Shown: positions 19,076-29,481, counted from the stretch's first letter. The stretch is DNA of 64,000 bases from an uncultured delta proteobacterium (GCA_963712115.1 CAVQGX010000031.1:160001-224000), one strand, 5' to 3'. Notes: generated from the sequence alone by a model not told the origin. A program made the numbers and translations.

Positions 19076-19786
19076 ATGGACCTATACTCCATAACAGATT
19101 CCTTTTTGGCAGAACTGCAGCTTTTGCGTTTCGGCCCTCCAGTCAGCCACGTTTACAATCCCCTTGAATATGCTCGAGCACCTTATGATCAATACTTGGA
19201 CCTTTATTCTAGACGCCCCATAGAGATACTCCTCCTCGGGATGAATCCCGGTCCGTGGGGAATGGCCCAGACCGGCGTCCCTTTCGGTGAGGTGGCAGCC
19301 GTCAGAGAGTGGCTGCGTATAGAGGCACCCGTGGGCTCTCCCGCTGAATTGCACCCCAAGCGGTCGGTAGAGGGTTTCGCCTGTCCAAAAAGTGAGGTTA
19401 GTGGCAGGAGATTGTGGGGGTGGGCTAAAAAGCGGTTCAGAACGCCGGAGGGATTTTTCGCTCGTTTCTTTGTAGTCAACTACTGCCCATTGCTTTTCAT
19501 TGAATCCAGTGGCCGCAACAGGACTCCAAATAACCTCCAAGCTGTTGAAAAGAAACCTTTGCTTGAAACATGTGACAGGATTCTTCGTCGTACCGTCCAG
19601 TGGCTTAAACCACGTTATGTCGTGGGAGTGGGACAATTTGCTGCAGAACGAGCCGAAATTGCCCTGGCAGGGCTTGAGTTAACCATAGGTCGTATCACCC
19701 ATCCAAGTCCTGCAAATCCCAAAGCGAATCGAGGCTGGGAGAATATAGTCACCAAAGAATTTAGAGATTTGGGGATAAAAGTCTAG
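19076..19786 (+). CDS. SMUG1-type (family 3) uracil-DNA glycosylase
   Basis: GMNPGPWGMAQTGVPFG, SEVSG.R.W, NYCPL, HPSP motifs. Confidence 0.92.
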   Translation: MDLYSITDSFLAELQLLRFGPPVSHVYNPLEYARAPYDQYLDLYSRRPIEILLLGMNPGPWGMAQTGVPFGEVAAVREWLRIEAPVGSPAELHPKRSVEGFACPKSEVSGRRLWGWAKKRFRTPEGFFARFFVVNYCPLLFIESSGRNRTPNNLQAVEKKPLLETCDRILRRTVQWLKPRYVVGVGQFAAERAEIALAGLELTIGRITHPSPANPKANRGWENIVTKEFRDLGIKV

Positions 19787-19973
19787 TTATTTTATGATTG
19801 TAGATTTAAGATTGCAGATATAGAGTTTCGGATTGCGTGAATTTCACAGTTTCGATGTTGCCTCAATCTGAAACCCGCAATTCGAAACTCGAAACCTTAG
19901 TCGTGGAAGAGACAGTTTCCTTGCTAGTAACCCGCAGGACGTCGTTTGAAACTTAAGCCATGAGGTAGTTATT

Positions 19974-20621
19974 ATGAGTCGTTACATTGACCTAACTCAC
20001 AGGATCGAGGAAGACATGGTCGTCTTTCCCGGGGATCCCCCACCTGAAATCAGGGAAGTCATGACTCTCGGACAAGACATTTACACAGTGCAGTCTATCC
20101 GCTTTAATAACCATATCGGCACTCACCTGGACGCGCCGTCACACTTCATTGAAGGTGGAATGACCGTTGACAAGATTCCACTGGAATCCCTCATTGGCAA
20201 GGCAGTCATTCTGGACTTCACTAACAAGGGGAAAAATGACCTTATCACCAAAGAGGACCTCCAAACCCACAATTATCGTATCCTTCCCGGCTCTCGAGTG
20301 CTCATAAAAACGGGCTGGGATCTCCGTTTCACCTCGGATGCTTTCTATGAGCATTTCCCTTGCCTAACCCAGGAGGCGGCTGAGTATCTGGTGCAACTAA
20401 AAATAAGATTGCTCGGCATGGACACACCCTCACCCAGCCCCATTGATGACCCCGGTCAGACTATTCACAAAACACTTCTTGGTGCCGGGATAGTTATTCT
20501 CGAATCCGTTAAGAATCTGACCTTAATCTACCGGAATCAATGCCAAATCATTGTCCTCCCTCCACTCATAAAAGACTTCAGTGGGGCACCTTGTCGTGTA
20601 GTCGCAGTGCTGGAAGAATAG
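19974..20621 (+). CDS. Cyclase family metal hydrolase (kynurenine formamidase-like)
   Basis: HIGTHLDAPSH motif, GMDTPS, GAPCRVVA. Confidence 0.9.
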   Translation: MSRYIDLTHRIEEDMVVFPGDPPPEIREVMTLGQDIYTVQSIRFNNHIGTHLDAPSHFIEGGMTVDKIPLESLIGKAVILDFTNKGKNDLITKEDLQTHNYRILPGSRVLIKTGWDLRFTSDAFYEHFPCLTQEAAEYLVQLKIRLLGMDTPSPSPIDDPGQTIHKTLLGAGIVILESVKNLTLIYRNQCQIIVLPPLIKDFSGAPCRVVAVLEE

Positions 20622-20643
20622 TTCGGGTATTCAAACACAGCTC

Positions 20644-20673
20644 TTGACATCCAACAGAATCCAGCTCTATGCT
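20644..20673 (+). promoter_or_regulatory. Candidate sigma70 promoter
   Basis: TTGACA-N18-TATGCT about 100 bp upstream of 20774. Confidence 0.4.
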
Positions 20674-20773
20674 GAGCACCGTGAAAAAGAGGATTCTACA
20701 GTATTTTTGCGCTCCGCAATTTGACAATATTCTTTAGTGGATAATTGGCTTTAGGTTGAGATGGAGGTGATAA

Positions 20774-22084
20774 ATGAAAAACCATATCTACATTGCCCTA
20801 TCTTGCGCCATCCTGATGTCATGCATAAGCTGCCAAGCCGCTGGCGAGAAAAGAGTTGTTCAAGAACCTACAATGAAAAGCGTCTTTTACCTGCCCGCTG
20901 AGGTAATCGAAGTTCAGCAAAATTCTGTGACTTTGAGAGTCGAGAAACCTCCCTTGCTTGAAGAAGAGGCTAAACTGGCACTGCAACTTGCTCAAGAGCT
21001 AATAGAAAAAACTTATCTCCTAGAAGGACAGAAAACCAGTGTAAACCAGTCGAGAGTTGAAGTTGTAAGGATCATAGGAAGCGATATATTGCTCCAGATT
21101 CTCGATAAGTCGCATAGTTTCAAACCTGCTGACCGGGTTCAAATCTTGCTTGCAAAGAAAATCATAGCCATTAAAGATTTCGAAGTAATAATGGGAACAA
21201 ATAAACAGGCTGCCAAGTATGTTCAGGAAGATGTGACTACGGCTCTGGTAAATTCAGGCCAATTCAACGTGGTGGAACGGTCAAAGTTGCAGTCTGTTTT
21301 GGACGAATTTAAATTGGCCCAAGCAGGGCTGATAGATCCTGCCGGCGCCAAACAGATCGGTAAACTCCTCGGTGCAGACCTCATACTGACGGGCACACTC
21401 GCAGCCACAGGAGATGAATGGAATGTTAACTTAAGAGTTATAAACACAGAAACCGGTCTGATTATCGCGGCCCTCAGCAAGAAAGGGCGTCTGCACGAGC
21501 TTAAACCTGAGGCTTTCAGGGAGATGAAAAACATTGATGGAAGTTTTGAAGACAAGACTTCGGATATGGCCGGATGGATCCTCGGTGAATTCAAAAAAGG
21601 TAGAACCGGTGTAGGAGGCTATCAAACAGTTTACGTCGACGAGACTCAGGGTGCAGCTGGCACACAAAAATCTCTGGCCCTGGATTTCAACTTGGGTACC
21701 AAGAGAGTTGAGAAGTTCAAGAACCTGCCAATTCACGCCAGTATAACTAATCGACTCAAGCGTGATCTTGCCAACTATTCGGGGATAAAGTTCTATATGA
21801 AGGCCGATAGAGACCTTACGGTCTGGTTTCAAGTCGCCGACAGCCAAGAAGGCTCCGAGTTTGAGGAGAATTGGTTTCGCAGTATATCAGTGACAAAAGA
21901 CTGGAAAGAAACGCGCATCCCTTTTAATTCACTGTCAATTCAAAAAAAACGCGCTCAGGGGCAAGGCACAAATCAAATCCTTCAACTCAATTATATTGAA
22001 AGAATCAATTGGCTAGTCCATGAGGGTAGTTTTGGGCGTGGCGAAGAGGCCAAAATCTGGCTTGACGAGGTTACTTTCTATTAA
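20774..22084 (+). CDS. Lipoprotein with CsgG/FlgO-like domain and C-terminal CBM11/CIA30-like domain
   Basis: Lipobox-like LMSC/ISC; FNVVERSKL..VL.E..A..IGKLLGAD; C-terminal YSGIKFYMK..DWKE.RIPF..IWLDEV.FY. Confidence 0.75.
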   Translation: MKNHIYIALSCAILMSCISCQAAGEKRVVQEPTMKSVFYLPAEVIEVQQNSVTLRVEKPPLLEEEAKLALQLAQELIEKTYLLEGQKTSVNQSRVEVVRIIGSDILLQILDKSHSFKPADRVQILLAKKIIAIKDFEVIMGTNKQAAKYVQEDVTTALVNSGQFNVVERSKLQSVLDEFKLAQAGLIDPAGAKQIGKLLGADLILTGTLAATGDEWNVNLRVINTETGLIIAALSKKGRLHELKPEAFREMKNIDGSFEDKTSDMAGWILGEFKKGRTGVGGYQTVYVDETQGAAGTQKSLALDFNLGTKRVEKFKNLPIHASITNRLKRDLANYSGIKFYMKADRDLTVWFQVADSQEGSEFEENWFRSISVTKDWKETRIPFNSLSIQKKRAQGQGTNQILQLNYIERINWLVHEGSFGRGEEAKIWLDEVTFY

Positions 22085-22130
22085 ATCCCAGCTCTTCCCA
22101 AGTGGTTCAAAAAGCCAAAGGATCAATCAC

Positions 22131-23039
22131 ATGCAAGAAGACATGAGAGACATCCCTTACCTGAATGAAGAAGATGTATTAAGACTGAATTTTATTAGGG
22201 ATCCTGGTGCTTATATCTACCGCAGGCATTACCGGCAAGGACTACGCTCCCACATCCTGGAAGTGCTGAGCCATGAGGATGTGGAAAACGAGAAAAATGG
22301 GGTGATCATCGACGGTGCCAAGTGGTACCCCAGGGCAGAGCCTCTGAAGATGCTGAGGATATTCCGAACGAGATTCCAGGACTTGCAGGAGGCTAAAGAG
22401 GAAGTTGAAAGAGTAAAGATGATTGAGTCCTACCTGGGCCCGGACAATTTTGCCAAATCCGACGAATTTCTGGTGGACTATGAACTGAATGGAAAACGGG
22501 AAATCCTCTTGTGCGGCCTACAAGAGTATATAAAGGGCGCCATATTGGACCCCTGGGACCGGCTGGACGACAGCCATTTGATTTCTATCCTCCGGCGTAT
22601 CAGTTTTGAAACATTTGAGGATGCAGAGGAAATTGGCGATCAGTGGACAAGTGAAGTCCGGGTCAAGGCAAAGGAGTTTATTACAAAAATTAAGAAAATG
22701 ATCTCGGAGGCAAATCATGTCCCGGACCTCGCCGGCATAGGCAATCTGCTGCTTACTAGGGAGGGAGACATTAAGCTTGTGGATATCAACAACATATCCC
22801 ATGTGTCCTTTGATCCACAGGTCAGAATAGATGACAGGGGTTATCCGGTCTGCGACAAATCCATCGAATCTTTATCACTCCTTGAACAAGGATTGCTCAA
22901 GAAACCCCTGCCGGAAGATGATGTCATTTATAAAGCATACCTTGAACCTGGCAGGATGGAAGAAGTTAAAGCCATAGAGAAAGAATTCCTCCTTGCCATG
23001 GAAGAAGAGACCGCTGATGTTGAAATTTCCCCATCCTAG
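22131..23039 (+). CDS. Hypothetical protein, possible kinase-like fold
   Basis: Long ORF; HVPDLAGIGNLLL...IKLVDINN resembles catalytic loop/DFG region. Confidence 0.6.
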   Translation: MQEDMRDIPYLNEEDVLRLNFIRDPGAYIYRRHYRQGLRSHILEVLSHEDVENEKNGVIIDGAKWYPRAEPLKMLRIFRTRFQDLQEAKEEVERVKMIESYLGPDNFAKSDEFLVDYELNGKREILLCGLQEYIKGAILDPWDRLDDSHLISILRRISFETFEDAEEIGDQWTSEVRVKAKEFITKIKKMISEANHVPDLAGIGNLLLTREGDIKLVDINNISHVSFDPQVRIDDRGYPVCDKSIESLSLLEQGLLKKPLPEDDVIYKAYLEPGRMEEVKAIEKEFLLAMEEETADVEISPS

Positions 23040-23052
23040 CCCCCGAAAATAA

Positions 23053-23910
23053 ATGCTTACAACAGTTCCCGCTGCAAAATCTCCCCCAACCATACCGCCG
23101 GTTCAGTCGGCGGATTACCAAAGTGCAAAGAGCACAAAGATCCGCCTGAATTGGAGTCTGACTGTTCTGGCTTTAGCAATCATCCTGTGGTGCATGGGCT
23201 GCGGAGGTGCCACTTACCTGTCACCCGAGCCAAGGCCCGTTGCTCAGAAGGAAACACTTGCCCAGCTGGGTTATTCTGTTCAGGTGGGAGCATTTGCCAA
23301 TCTGGACAATGCTGTCCGACTCAGTGAGGCATTAGAGCGCTATGGCCTGGACGCCTACTATTTTGTCCACGAAACAGGGCTCTACAGAGTTCGTTTCGGT
23401 GATTTTCCCACCAAAGAGGCTGCCCGCAGGAAGGCAGAGTATGTTCGTGCTGCAGGAATAATAGAAGAATATTGGATAGTTAGCCCCGCGGACTATGCAG
23501 TGCGAAAACAGAGAAAATACGGCGGCAGAATCGATCTCAGAAATGAGATCGTCGGAACCGCAAAGAGATTCATCGGGACTCCTTACAGATGGGGGGGAAC
23601 CTCACCCGACGAAGGGTTCGATTGCAGCGGTTTGACCATGGTAGTTTATCAACTGAATGGATTGAAGTTGCCTCGCTCATCGCGACAACAATATGGGGCA
23701 GGAATTCCAATCGGCCGAAATGAACTATTGCAGGGTGACTTGGTCTTTTTTGCCACTTCCGGCGGCAGAAGAATTTCTCATGTGGGCATCTATGTTGGCA
23801 AAGGGAGATTCATTCACGCCCCGGGGAGGGGCAAGAAAATCCGAACTAGTCTGCTCACAAGAAGATATTACAAAACTCGGTACATGGGAGCTAGGAGTTA
23901 TTTGAGGTGA
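23053..23910 (+). CDS. SPOR domain + NlpC/P60 peptidoglycan endopeptidase
   Basis: YSVQVGAF (SPOR); GTPYRWGG..GFDCSG, SHVGIY, FIHA. Confidence 0.92.
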   Translation: MLTTVPAAKSPPTIPPVQSADYQSAKSTKIRLNWSLTVLALAIILWCMGCGGATYLSPEPRPVAQKETLAQLGYSVQVGAFANLDNAVRLSEALERYGLDAYYFVHETGLYRVRFGDFPTKEAARRKAEYVRAAGIIEEYWIVSPADYAVRKQRKYGGRIDLRNEIVGTAKRFIGTPYRWGGTSPDEGFDCSGLTMVVYQLNGLKLPRSSRQQYGAGIPIGRNELLQGDLVFFATSGGRRISHVGIYVGKGRFIHAPGRGKKIRTSLLTRRYYKTRYMGARSYLR

Positions 23911-24036
23911 AATGGTCTTGCTGAGCTCACTGGATACCGGATCTCTCCTTCGGCTCGTCCGGTATGACGATTGGCTATATTTGTGCGCTCTCTCAACAGA
24001 CTGCTCATGGCTTCAGTCATAGCCTGGCGTTAAATA

Positions 24037-24870
24037 ATGCCTCTTATGCGACCTCTATCTGACCATATTTATTTTGCCCAGGATGAAGGCCGTCCACTAG
24101 TGATGGCTCATCGAGGCGGTGGCGGTCTTTGGCCGGAAAATACCCTTTACGCATTTGAACGTGCGGCAGAGATGGGGGCAGATGTAATAGAGACAGAGAT
24201 TCATTCCACCTCAGATAACAACCTGGTTTTCATTCATGATGAAACCGTTGATAGAACTACCAACGGCACAGGCAAGGTTAACTCACTTACTCTTAAGGAA
24301 TTAAAAGAATTTGATGCGGGCCATAACTGGACAGCAGACGGGGGGCGGACTTTTCCTTTTCGGGGGAAGGGGATCACCGTGCCCACCTTAGAAGAGGTTT
24401 TCACTGCCCTTCCGAACATACGAATAAATATAGATATGAAACAGATTAATCCCCCTTTGGCCGCAAAGCTCTGCGAGATGGTCCATTCCTTCAATATGGC
24501 GAAGAAAGTAATGGTCGCTTCCTTTAGCACCAGAGCTCTACACGATTTTAGGCGAATTTGCTCCGAGGTCGCCACCTCCGCCAGCAGACGAGAGGTGACT
24601 CTGTTTTTCTTTATGAACCTGATCTTCCTTGGAGCGGCTTATGGACCACCCTGTCATGCCCTCCAAATCCCTGAATACAGCAGCGGACTGCATGTGCTCA
24701 CCAAAAGATTTCTGCAAACAGCACACAGTAGCAACCTTAAGGTTCATGTTTGGACCGTCAACCAGGTGGAAGATATGAAACGATTGCTCGAACTGGGCGT
24801 GGATGGCATTATCACAGACTATCCCGACCAGTTAATTTCTTTGCTGATTGACATGAAGGGCAGGCCTTAA
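24037..24870 (+). CDS. Glycerophosphodiester phosphodiesterase
   Basis: AHRGG, PENT, HD.TVDRTT, WTVN, GVDGIITDYP. Confidence 0.93.
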   Translation: MPLMRPLSDHIYFAQDEGRPLVMAHRGGGGLWPENTLYAFERAAEMGADVIETEIHSTSDNNLVFIHDETVDRTTNGTGKVNSLTLKELKEFDAGHNWTADGGRTFPFRGKGITVPTLEEVFTALPNIRINIDMKQINPPLAAKLCEMVHSFNMAKKVMVASFSTRALHDFRRICSEVATSASRREVTLFFFMNLIFLGAAYGPPCHALQIPEYSSGLHVLTKRFLQTAHSSNLKVHVWTVNQVEDMKRLLELGVDGIITDYPDQLISLLIDMKGRP

Positions 24871-24886
24871 ATTAGAATGGACCTCC

Positions 24887-25078
24887 TCACTCTTCCACTT
24901 CTTCCTCTATCGCCTTCTGCTCCTCAGCCTTTTCTTGCTCGGCTCGTTCTTTTTCGGCTTTTTTTCTTATCGCTTCCTCTTTCTTAGCCTGCTCCTTCAT
25001 CACTTTTGCCCAGTATTGCTCCCTCTCCTTCCTCTTCTCTTTCCGTTTCTCTTTGCCGCTTCTGGGGTTCTTCGCCAT
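24887..25078 (-). CDS. Small charged hypothetical protein
   Basis: GAGGT RBS; K/E/R-rich 63 aa ORF. Confidence 0.5.
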   Translation of the reverse strand: MAKNPRSGKEKRKEKRKEREQYWAKVMKEQAKKEEAIRKKAEKERAEQEKAEEQKAIEEEVEE

Positions 25079-25144
25079 CGATCACCTCTCTTTCTCCAAC
25101 TGCAGTCGACCTAGCTCATGAATTCAGCTGCCAAAAATTTACAG

Positions 25145-25480
25145 TCAGTCCTTTAGCCACGGCTTTGCTAATTCAGACAGGAGGACACTAAGCACACAAC
25201 CGCTCACAAAGAACCAGACAGAGGCATGGACAGACAACATTCCTTGAACAAATTCCTTTAATCCCAACAGCCCCCCTTCTCTTGTGGCAGCCCATTGAAC
25301 CAATCCCACCGGCACAAACTGGGCAAAAGGCGCTCCCTGCCATTCTCCAGTCTGGAACCACTTCCAATATTGAATCAGAAAAATAAGAATCGCCATAAAT
25401 GTCCCAGCCCCGGCTGGGAATAAGGTGACAAACTTGAACTGCTTGGCCACACCCTCTTGGTTGGTCTCTTTTCTCGCCAT
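25145..25480 (-). CDS. Small membrane hypothetical protein
   Basis: GAGGT RBS; two hydrophobic segments. Confidence 0.55.
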   Translation of the reverse strand: MARKETNQEGVAKQFKFVTLFPAGAGTFMAILIFLIQYWKWFQTGEWQGAPFAQFVPVGLVQWAATREGGLLGLKEFVQGMLSVHASVWFFVSGCVLSVLLSELAKPWLKD

Positions 25481-25761
25481 TCAAATCACCTCATTTAGCC
25501 CGGATGGTAAACTGTGGATCTAACCAGCCTAAAATTTTAACAGAGCTGACATTACCACGAAACACCTTCCATATTAAATGATTTAAGCCAACATAGGAAA
25601 TCCGGCAACGCTAAACCTATGGCAATCTTGTCTTATTAGCATGAATCTTGCTTCCACTATGAAGCAACATCCAGATTGGAAATAGCTGTTCAGGTTGCAC
25701 TGGAGTGACTTTCCAGCCGATATCAATGAAGTTGAATCAGTTATAAATAAGAGAGGACTTT

Positions 25762-26394
25762 ATGTGGTGCAATGACGCTACAATCTTGGCCGAGATGAAG
25801 ATATTGATCGTTGACGATATTCCCGAAAATATAAGTGCATTGGCCATAGCCCTTGAGTCTGAAGGTTTCGACATAAAAACGGCAGCAGGTGGCGAACAAG
25901 CCTTGCAAATCGTTCACCATGATTCTCCCGACCTGATCTTACTTGATATCAATATGAATGGAATGAACGGTTTCGACACATGCCTTGCCCTCAAGAAAAG
26001 TGATGCTACCAAAGATATCCCGGTTATCTTCCTGACTGTAAGCAAGGAAACTGAAGCCGTAGTTAAGGCTTTTGCCTGTGGGGGAGTGGATTATATTGCC
26101 AAACCTTTTCGCCAAGAGGAAGTTTGTGCTAGAGTTCGCACCCATCTTTACCTTCGCGCCTTGGTTAAAGAGAAAGAGAAATTGATTGGCGAACTTAAGG
26201 AAGCTTTGGCAAAGGTGAAAACCCTGAGCGGCCTCCTACCCATATGCTCTTCATGCAAAAAGATACGCGACGATAAAGGGTACTGGAATCAAATCGAAAC
26301 ATACATTCGGGAACGCTCCGAAGCTGATTTCACCCATGGCATTTGCCCTAAATGCGCAAAGATGCTTTATCCTGGACTACTCAAGGACAAATAG
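25762..26394 (+). CDS. Response regulator with C-terminal Cys-motif tail
   Basis: REC motifs IVDD, LLDINM, FLT, KPF; tail PICSSCKKIRDD.GYW..THGICPKC. Confidence 0.9.
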   Translation: MWCNDATILAEMKILIVDDIPENISALAIALESEGFDIKTAAGGEQALQIVHHDSPDLILLDINMNGMNGFDTCLALKKSDATKDIPVIFLTVSKETEAVVKAFACGGVDYIAKPFRQEEVCARVRTHLYLRALVKEKEKLIGELKEALAKVKTLSGLLPICSSCKKIRDDKGYWNQIETYIRERSEADFTHGICPKCAKMLYPGLLKDK

Positions 26395-26472
26395 TTTATT
26401 ATTCCAAGACTATCTACCGCCCATTGGCGAATACCAGACAAGTAATTCTGCACCTGACAAAAATAACCTACC

Positions 26473-26916
26473 ATGGATTCCCTTCCAGAGCCTTTTTGGA
26501 AAACCAAATCTCTTGCTGAAATGGCGCCGGACGAGTGGGAATTGTTGTGCGACGGATGCGCCCGATGCTGTTTACACAAAGTTGAGTACAAGGATACGGG
26601 TGAGGTCTTCTACACCAACGTGGCATGTCGCCTCTTGGATACCTATCACTGTCGCTGCACTGCCTATGAAGAGCGGTTAAATCTGGTCCCCACTTGCCTG
26701 GTCATGACACCCGCCAAGGCGGCCGAATTAGAGTGGTTACCTCGAACCTGCGGTTACCGCCGCCTAGCTCTGGGAATGGATCTCGACTGGTGGCATCCCC
26801 TAGTGTCAGGCAACCCCAATACCGTCCACCAAGCCTCTATTTCAGTGCGGGGAATAGTTGTACCTGAAGAAATTGTGCCCCCTGATCAGCTGGAAGACCA
26901 TATCATAGAATTTTAA
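26473..26916 (+). CDS. YcgN family cysteine-cluster protein (UPF0260)
   Basis: FW..K.L.EM...EWE.LCDGC.RCCLHK, WLP.TC.Y, WWHPLVSG. Confidence 0.9.
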   Translation: MDSLPEPFWKTKSLAEMAPDEWELLCDGCARCCLHKVEYKDTGEVFYTNVACRLLDTYHCRCTAYEERLNLVPTCLVMTPAKAAELEWLPRTCGYRRLALGMDLDWWHPLVSGNPNTVHQASISVRGIVVPEEIVPPDQLEDHIIEF

Positions 26917-26955
26917 CAAAAGTGGAACGCAGAAAGGGGGACGTTCTTGTTAGAG

Positions 26956-28065
26956 CTAGGCGGAGAAACCTTCCAATTCCTCTGCTGATAGGCGTCTCCC
27001 AGCGGGAAGTTTTGGTAGGACTGCGGTCTTGGGCGGAGCTTTTCCTTCTCTCATCTCCCGCAGAACTTCCGGCAAATCAAAGAGTGACCTTCCTTCTCTC
27101 ACCAGAGTAAAAGCCGGTACCTGTGAGGTCTTAACAAACTCCAAGGCTTTTCGCACTGTCTCTGGGGTGTGGTGAAAGGAGGCATATATGCGAATCTCAT
27201 CGTAATGGAGGCGGGTGGTATCAACCCGCAGCTCTGTTCCACGAGGGCAGCCGCCAAAGAGGTTCACCCTGCCACCCGGCCGCACCAACTCCACCGCATG
27301 ATTCCAGGTTTCGGGCTTTCCTACGGCTTCAATTACGCAGTCAAATCCAAGTTTGTAGGGGGTGAAATCATGACGCAAGCGCTCAACCAACTGGAGCGAG
27401 AGCCTTTCTGCAACGATATTGGTCACGCCGAGTTCAGCAGCCACGGCGAGGCGATCTGACTGGTCATCAACGGTGGTGACTTCCGCGCCGGCCAGAACTG
27501 AAAGCCGTGCAAGCATCAAGCCCAAGGGGCCCGCACCTATTACCAGCACTTTTTCACCTGACTTTATATCTACATCCTCCACACCCTTGACTGCGCAGGC
27601 CAATGGTTCGACCAGTGCGGCTTTAGCCGCCGGAAGATCAGGGGGAAGGGGAAGGCAGTTCTCCTCCACAATCCTCGCCGGAATCCTGACATATTCAGCG
27701 TAGGCGCCATTGGCAAAGAGGAGATCACTGCATAGATTTGGCTTGCCCAACCCACAGAAATAGCAATCCCGGCAAGGGGCTGAATTGGCGGCGACTATCC
27801 TGGTCCCGGTTGGAAAACGTCCGTTCTCGCTAACCACGACTTTACCCGCAAACTCGTGGCCGAAAACTGATGGAGGTTGGATCATGCGTTCATGATAGCC
27901 CCGGAGAAAAACTTTCAAATCAGTACCACAGGTCAAGGCCGCCTCTACCCGCACTAGCAGTTCCCCCGGCTGCAACTTGGGCACAGGTATCTTTTCCAAC
28001 CTGGCGTCTTCCTTGCCGTGAAGAACGCAGGCCAACATTTTCTCCGGCACGGTTTCAGTCATCAT
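26956..28065 (-). CDS. Zinc-binding alcohol dehydrogenase family protein
   Basis: CGTD, GHE, C..C..C..G...C structural Zn, GAGPLG. Confidence 0.92.
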   Translation of the reverse strand: MMTETVPEKMLACVLHGKEDARLEKIPVPKLQPGELLVRVEAALTCGTDLKVFLRGYHERMIQPPSVFGHEFAGKVVVSENGRFPTGTRIVAANSAPCRDCYFCGLGKPNLCSDLLFANGAYAEYVRIPARIVEENCLPLPPDLPAAKAALVEPLACAVKGVEDVDIKSGEKVLVIGAGPLGLMLARLSVLAGAEVTTVDDQSDRLAVAAELGVTNIVAERLSLQLVERLRHDFTPYKLGFDCVIEAVGKPETWNHAVELVRPGGRVNLFGGCPRGTELRVDTTRLHYDEIRIYASFHHTPETVRKALEFVKTSQVPAFTLVREGRSLFDLPEVLREMREGKAPPKTAVLPKLPAGRRLSAEELEGFSA

Positions 28066-28084
28066 CAGCGACTGCCTTTGTAAT

Positions 28085-28393
28085 TCGATGTGGGATGTGT
28101 GATGTGCGATAGAAGAGTTTTTCTAACATTTCATATCCCAGATCTCATATCTCACATCGACTATATTCCAACATTCCTCTCTCTTGCCTCTAACCTCTAT
28201 CCTCCAACTTCTTCTCTCCCTGCTGTCCTCTTCCCTCCGCCCTCTGGTTTTTTTCTCCTTCTCGCCGTCTCTCCCTGTCCCCGCGTTGTCCTGGAGTGCC
28301 TAGTGCTTAGTTCCTAGTGCCTAGTTGCAACGGCTGCCCGCTGTCTGCTGCAAGCTGCCTGCTGGCTTTTCCCTATGCTCTATGCTCCACGCC
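28085..28393. repeat. Composite heptamer-repeat cassette (GATGTGN/CATATC hairpin plus pyrimidine-rich repeats)
   Basis: GATGTGGGATGTGTGATGTGCGATA ... TATCCCAGATCTCATATCTCACATC, homologous to 57428-57505; contains 35-nt block shared with 6461-6495. Confidence 0.6.
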
Positions 28394-29473
28394 CTATGCT
28401 TTCCCTGGATTGGGGGCCACGGCGACTTTCAATGAACCACCTTCAGGGCGTCTTGCCAGGGCGAGGGCCCTATTGATTTCGTTCAAAGGAAACACGTGAG
28501 TAACAAACTCTCCCCAAGGAAAGCGATTGTCAAGTAGAATTTCTTTTGTTAAAGAGTTCAGCTCGATGGAGGATGAATAACTGCCGACAATCTGCTTTTC
28601 AGCCATGCCAATTTGCCCTGCATCGATCTTGAGTTCTTGTCCCATGCGGGTATGGGCAAAAAGGATCATTGTCCCACCCGGCCTCAGAGCCAGAAGGCTA
28701 CCATTTATTGCTTCCTCAGATTCGGTCGCAGCAATGACAGCATCATGACCTAAGGGTGCAGCAACCTCCTGAAGCCTGCCAGCAAGGTCCTCATTAGGGT
28801 GAAAAACCGCTTTTGCCCCAAAACTGAGAGATTTTTCCTGTCGCTCCGGCAGCGGCTCCACCGCAAAAACCTCCCAGCCATCCCTGCTCGTCAAAGCTGT
28901 GAGCATAAGTCCGACAGGGCCTTGCCCCAGAATAACCAAAGTACCTTTGCATTCAGGAAGGGCGCTCACACATTTTAGACAAGTATTGAGAGGTTCCATT
29001 AAAATGGCGATCTTAACCGGTAGCAATTCCGGAATCTCCACCACTCCGCCACCGCTAACAATCCAGGGAGCAACAGCGACGTATTCAGCCCACCCACCTC
29101 CAGCAGGTGAAAACCCGGCACTCGTGCCCGTTTTTTTGTAACCTGGACACTGGCTGTATCGACCAAGTTCACATAGTCGACAGTTCCTACACGGCACATG
29201 ATGATAGACGGCCACTCGCTTGCCGAGGAACTCTTTTGCGCCTTGTCCCGCTGCCACCACCTTGCCGGCCATTTCATGTCCAAGTATTACAGGCGGCTTT
29301 GTCAGCCCCATGTCTACTTTTTTGATGTCAGTGGGGCACAGTCCGCAAGCCTCAACCCGAACTAGAAGCTCACCCTCGCTGATTTCAGGTACCGGTACGG
29401 TTTCGACCTCTACCCTGGGCTCTCCCCGCCATACACAGGCGGTCATTTCAGCAGGAACATGTGGTTGTTTCAT
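28394..29473 (-). CDS. Zinc-binding alcohol dehydrogenase family protein
   Basis: CPTD, GHE, C..C..C..G...C, GQGPVG. Confidence 0.92.
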   Translation of the reverse strand: MKQPHVPAEMTACVWRGEPRVEVETVPVPEISEGELLVRVEACGLCPTDIKKVDMGLTKPPVILGHEMAGKVVAAGQGAKEFLGKRVAVYHHVPCRNCRLCELGRYSQCPGYKKTGTSAGFSPAGGGWAEYVAVAPWIVSGGGVVEIPELLPVKIAILMEPLNTCLKCVSALPECKGTLVILGQGPVGLMLTALTSRDGWEVFAVEPLPERQEKSLSFGAKAVFHPNEDLAGRLQEVAAPLGHDAVIAATESEEAINGSLLALRPGGTMILFAHTRMGQELKIDAGQIGMAEKQIVGSYSSSIELNSLTKEILLDNRFPWGEFVTHVFPLNEINRALALARRPEGGSLKVAVAPNPGKA

Positions 29474-29481
29474 TTATTTCC

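Noticed and set aside
25762-26394. Response regulator Cys tail as a novel domain
   Set aside because: The PICxxCKKIRDDxGYW...HGICPxC tail is a common output tail in deltaproteobacterial signalling proteins
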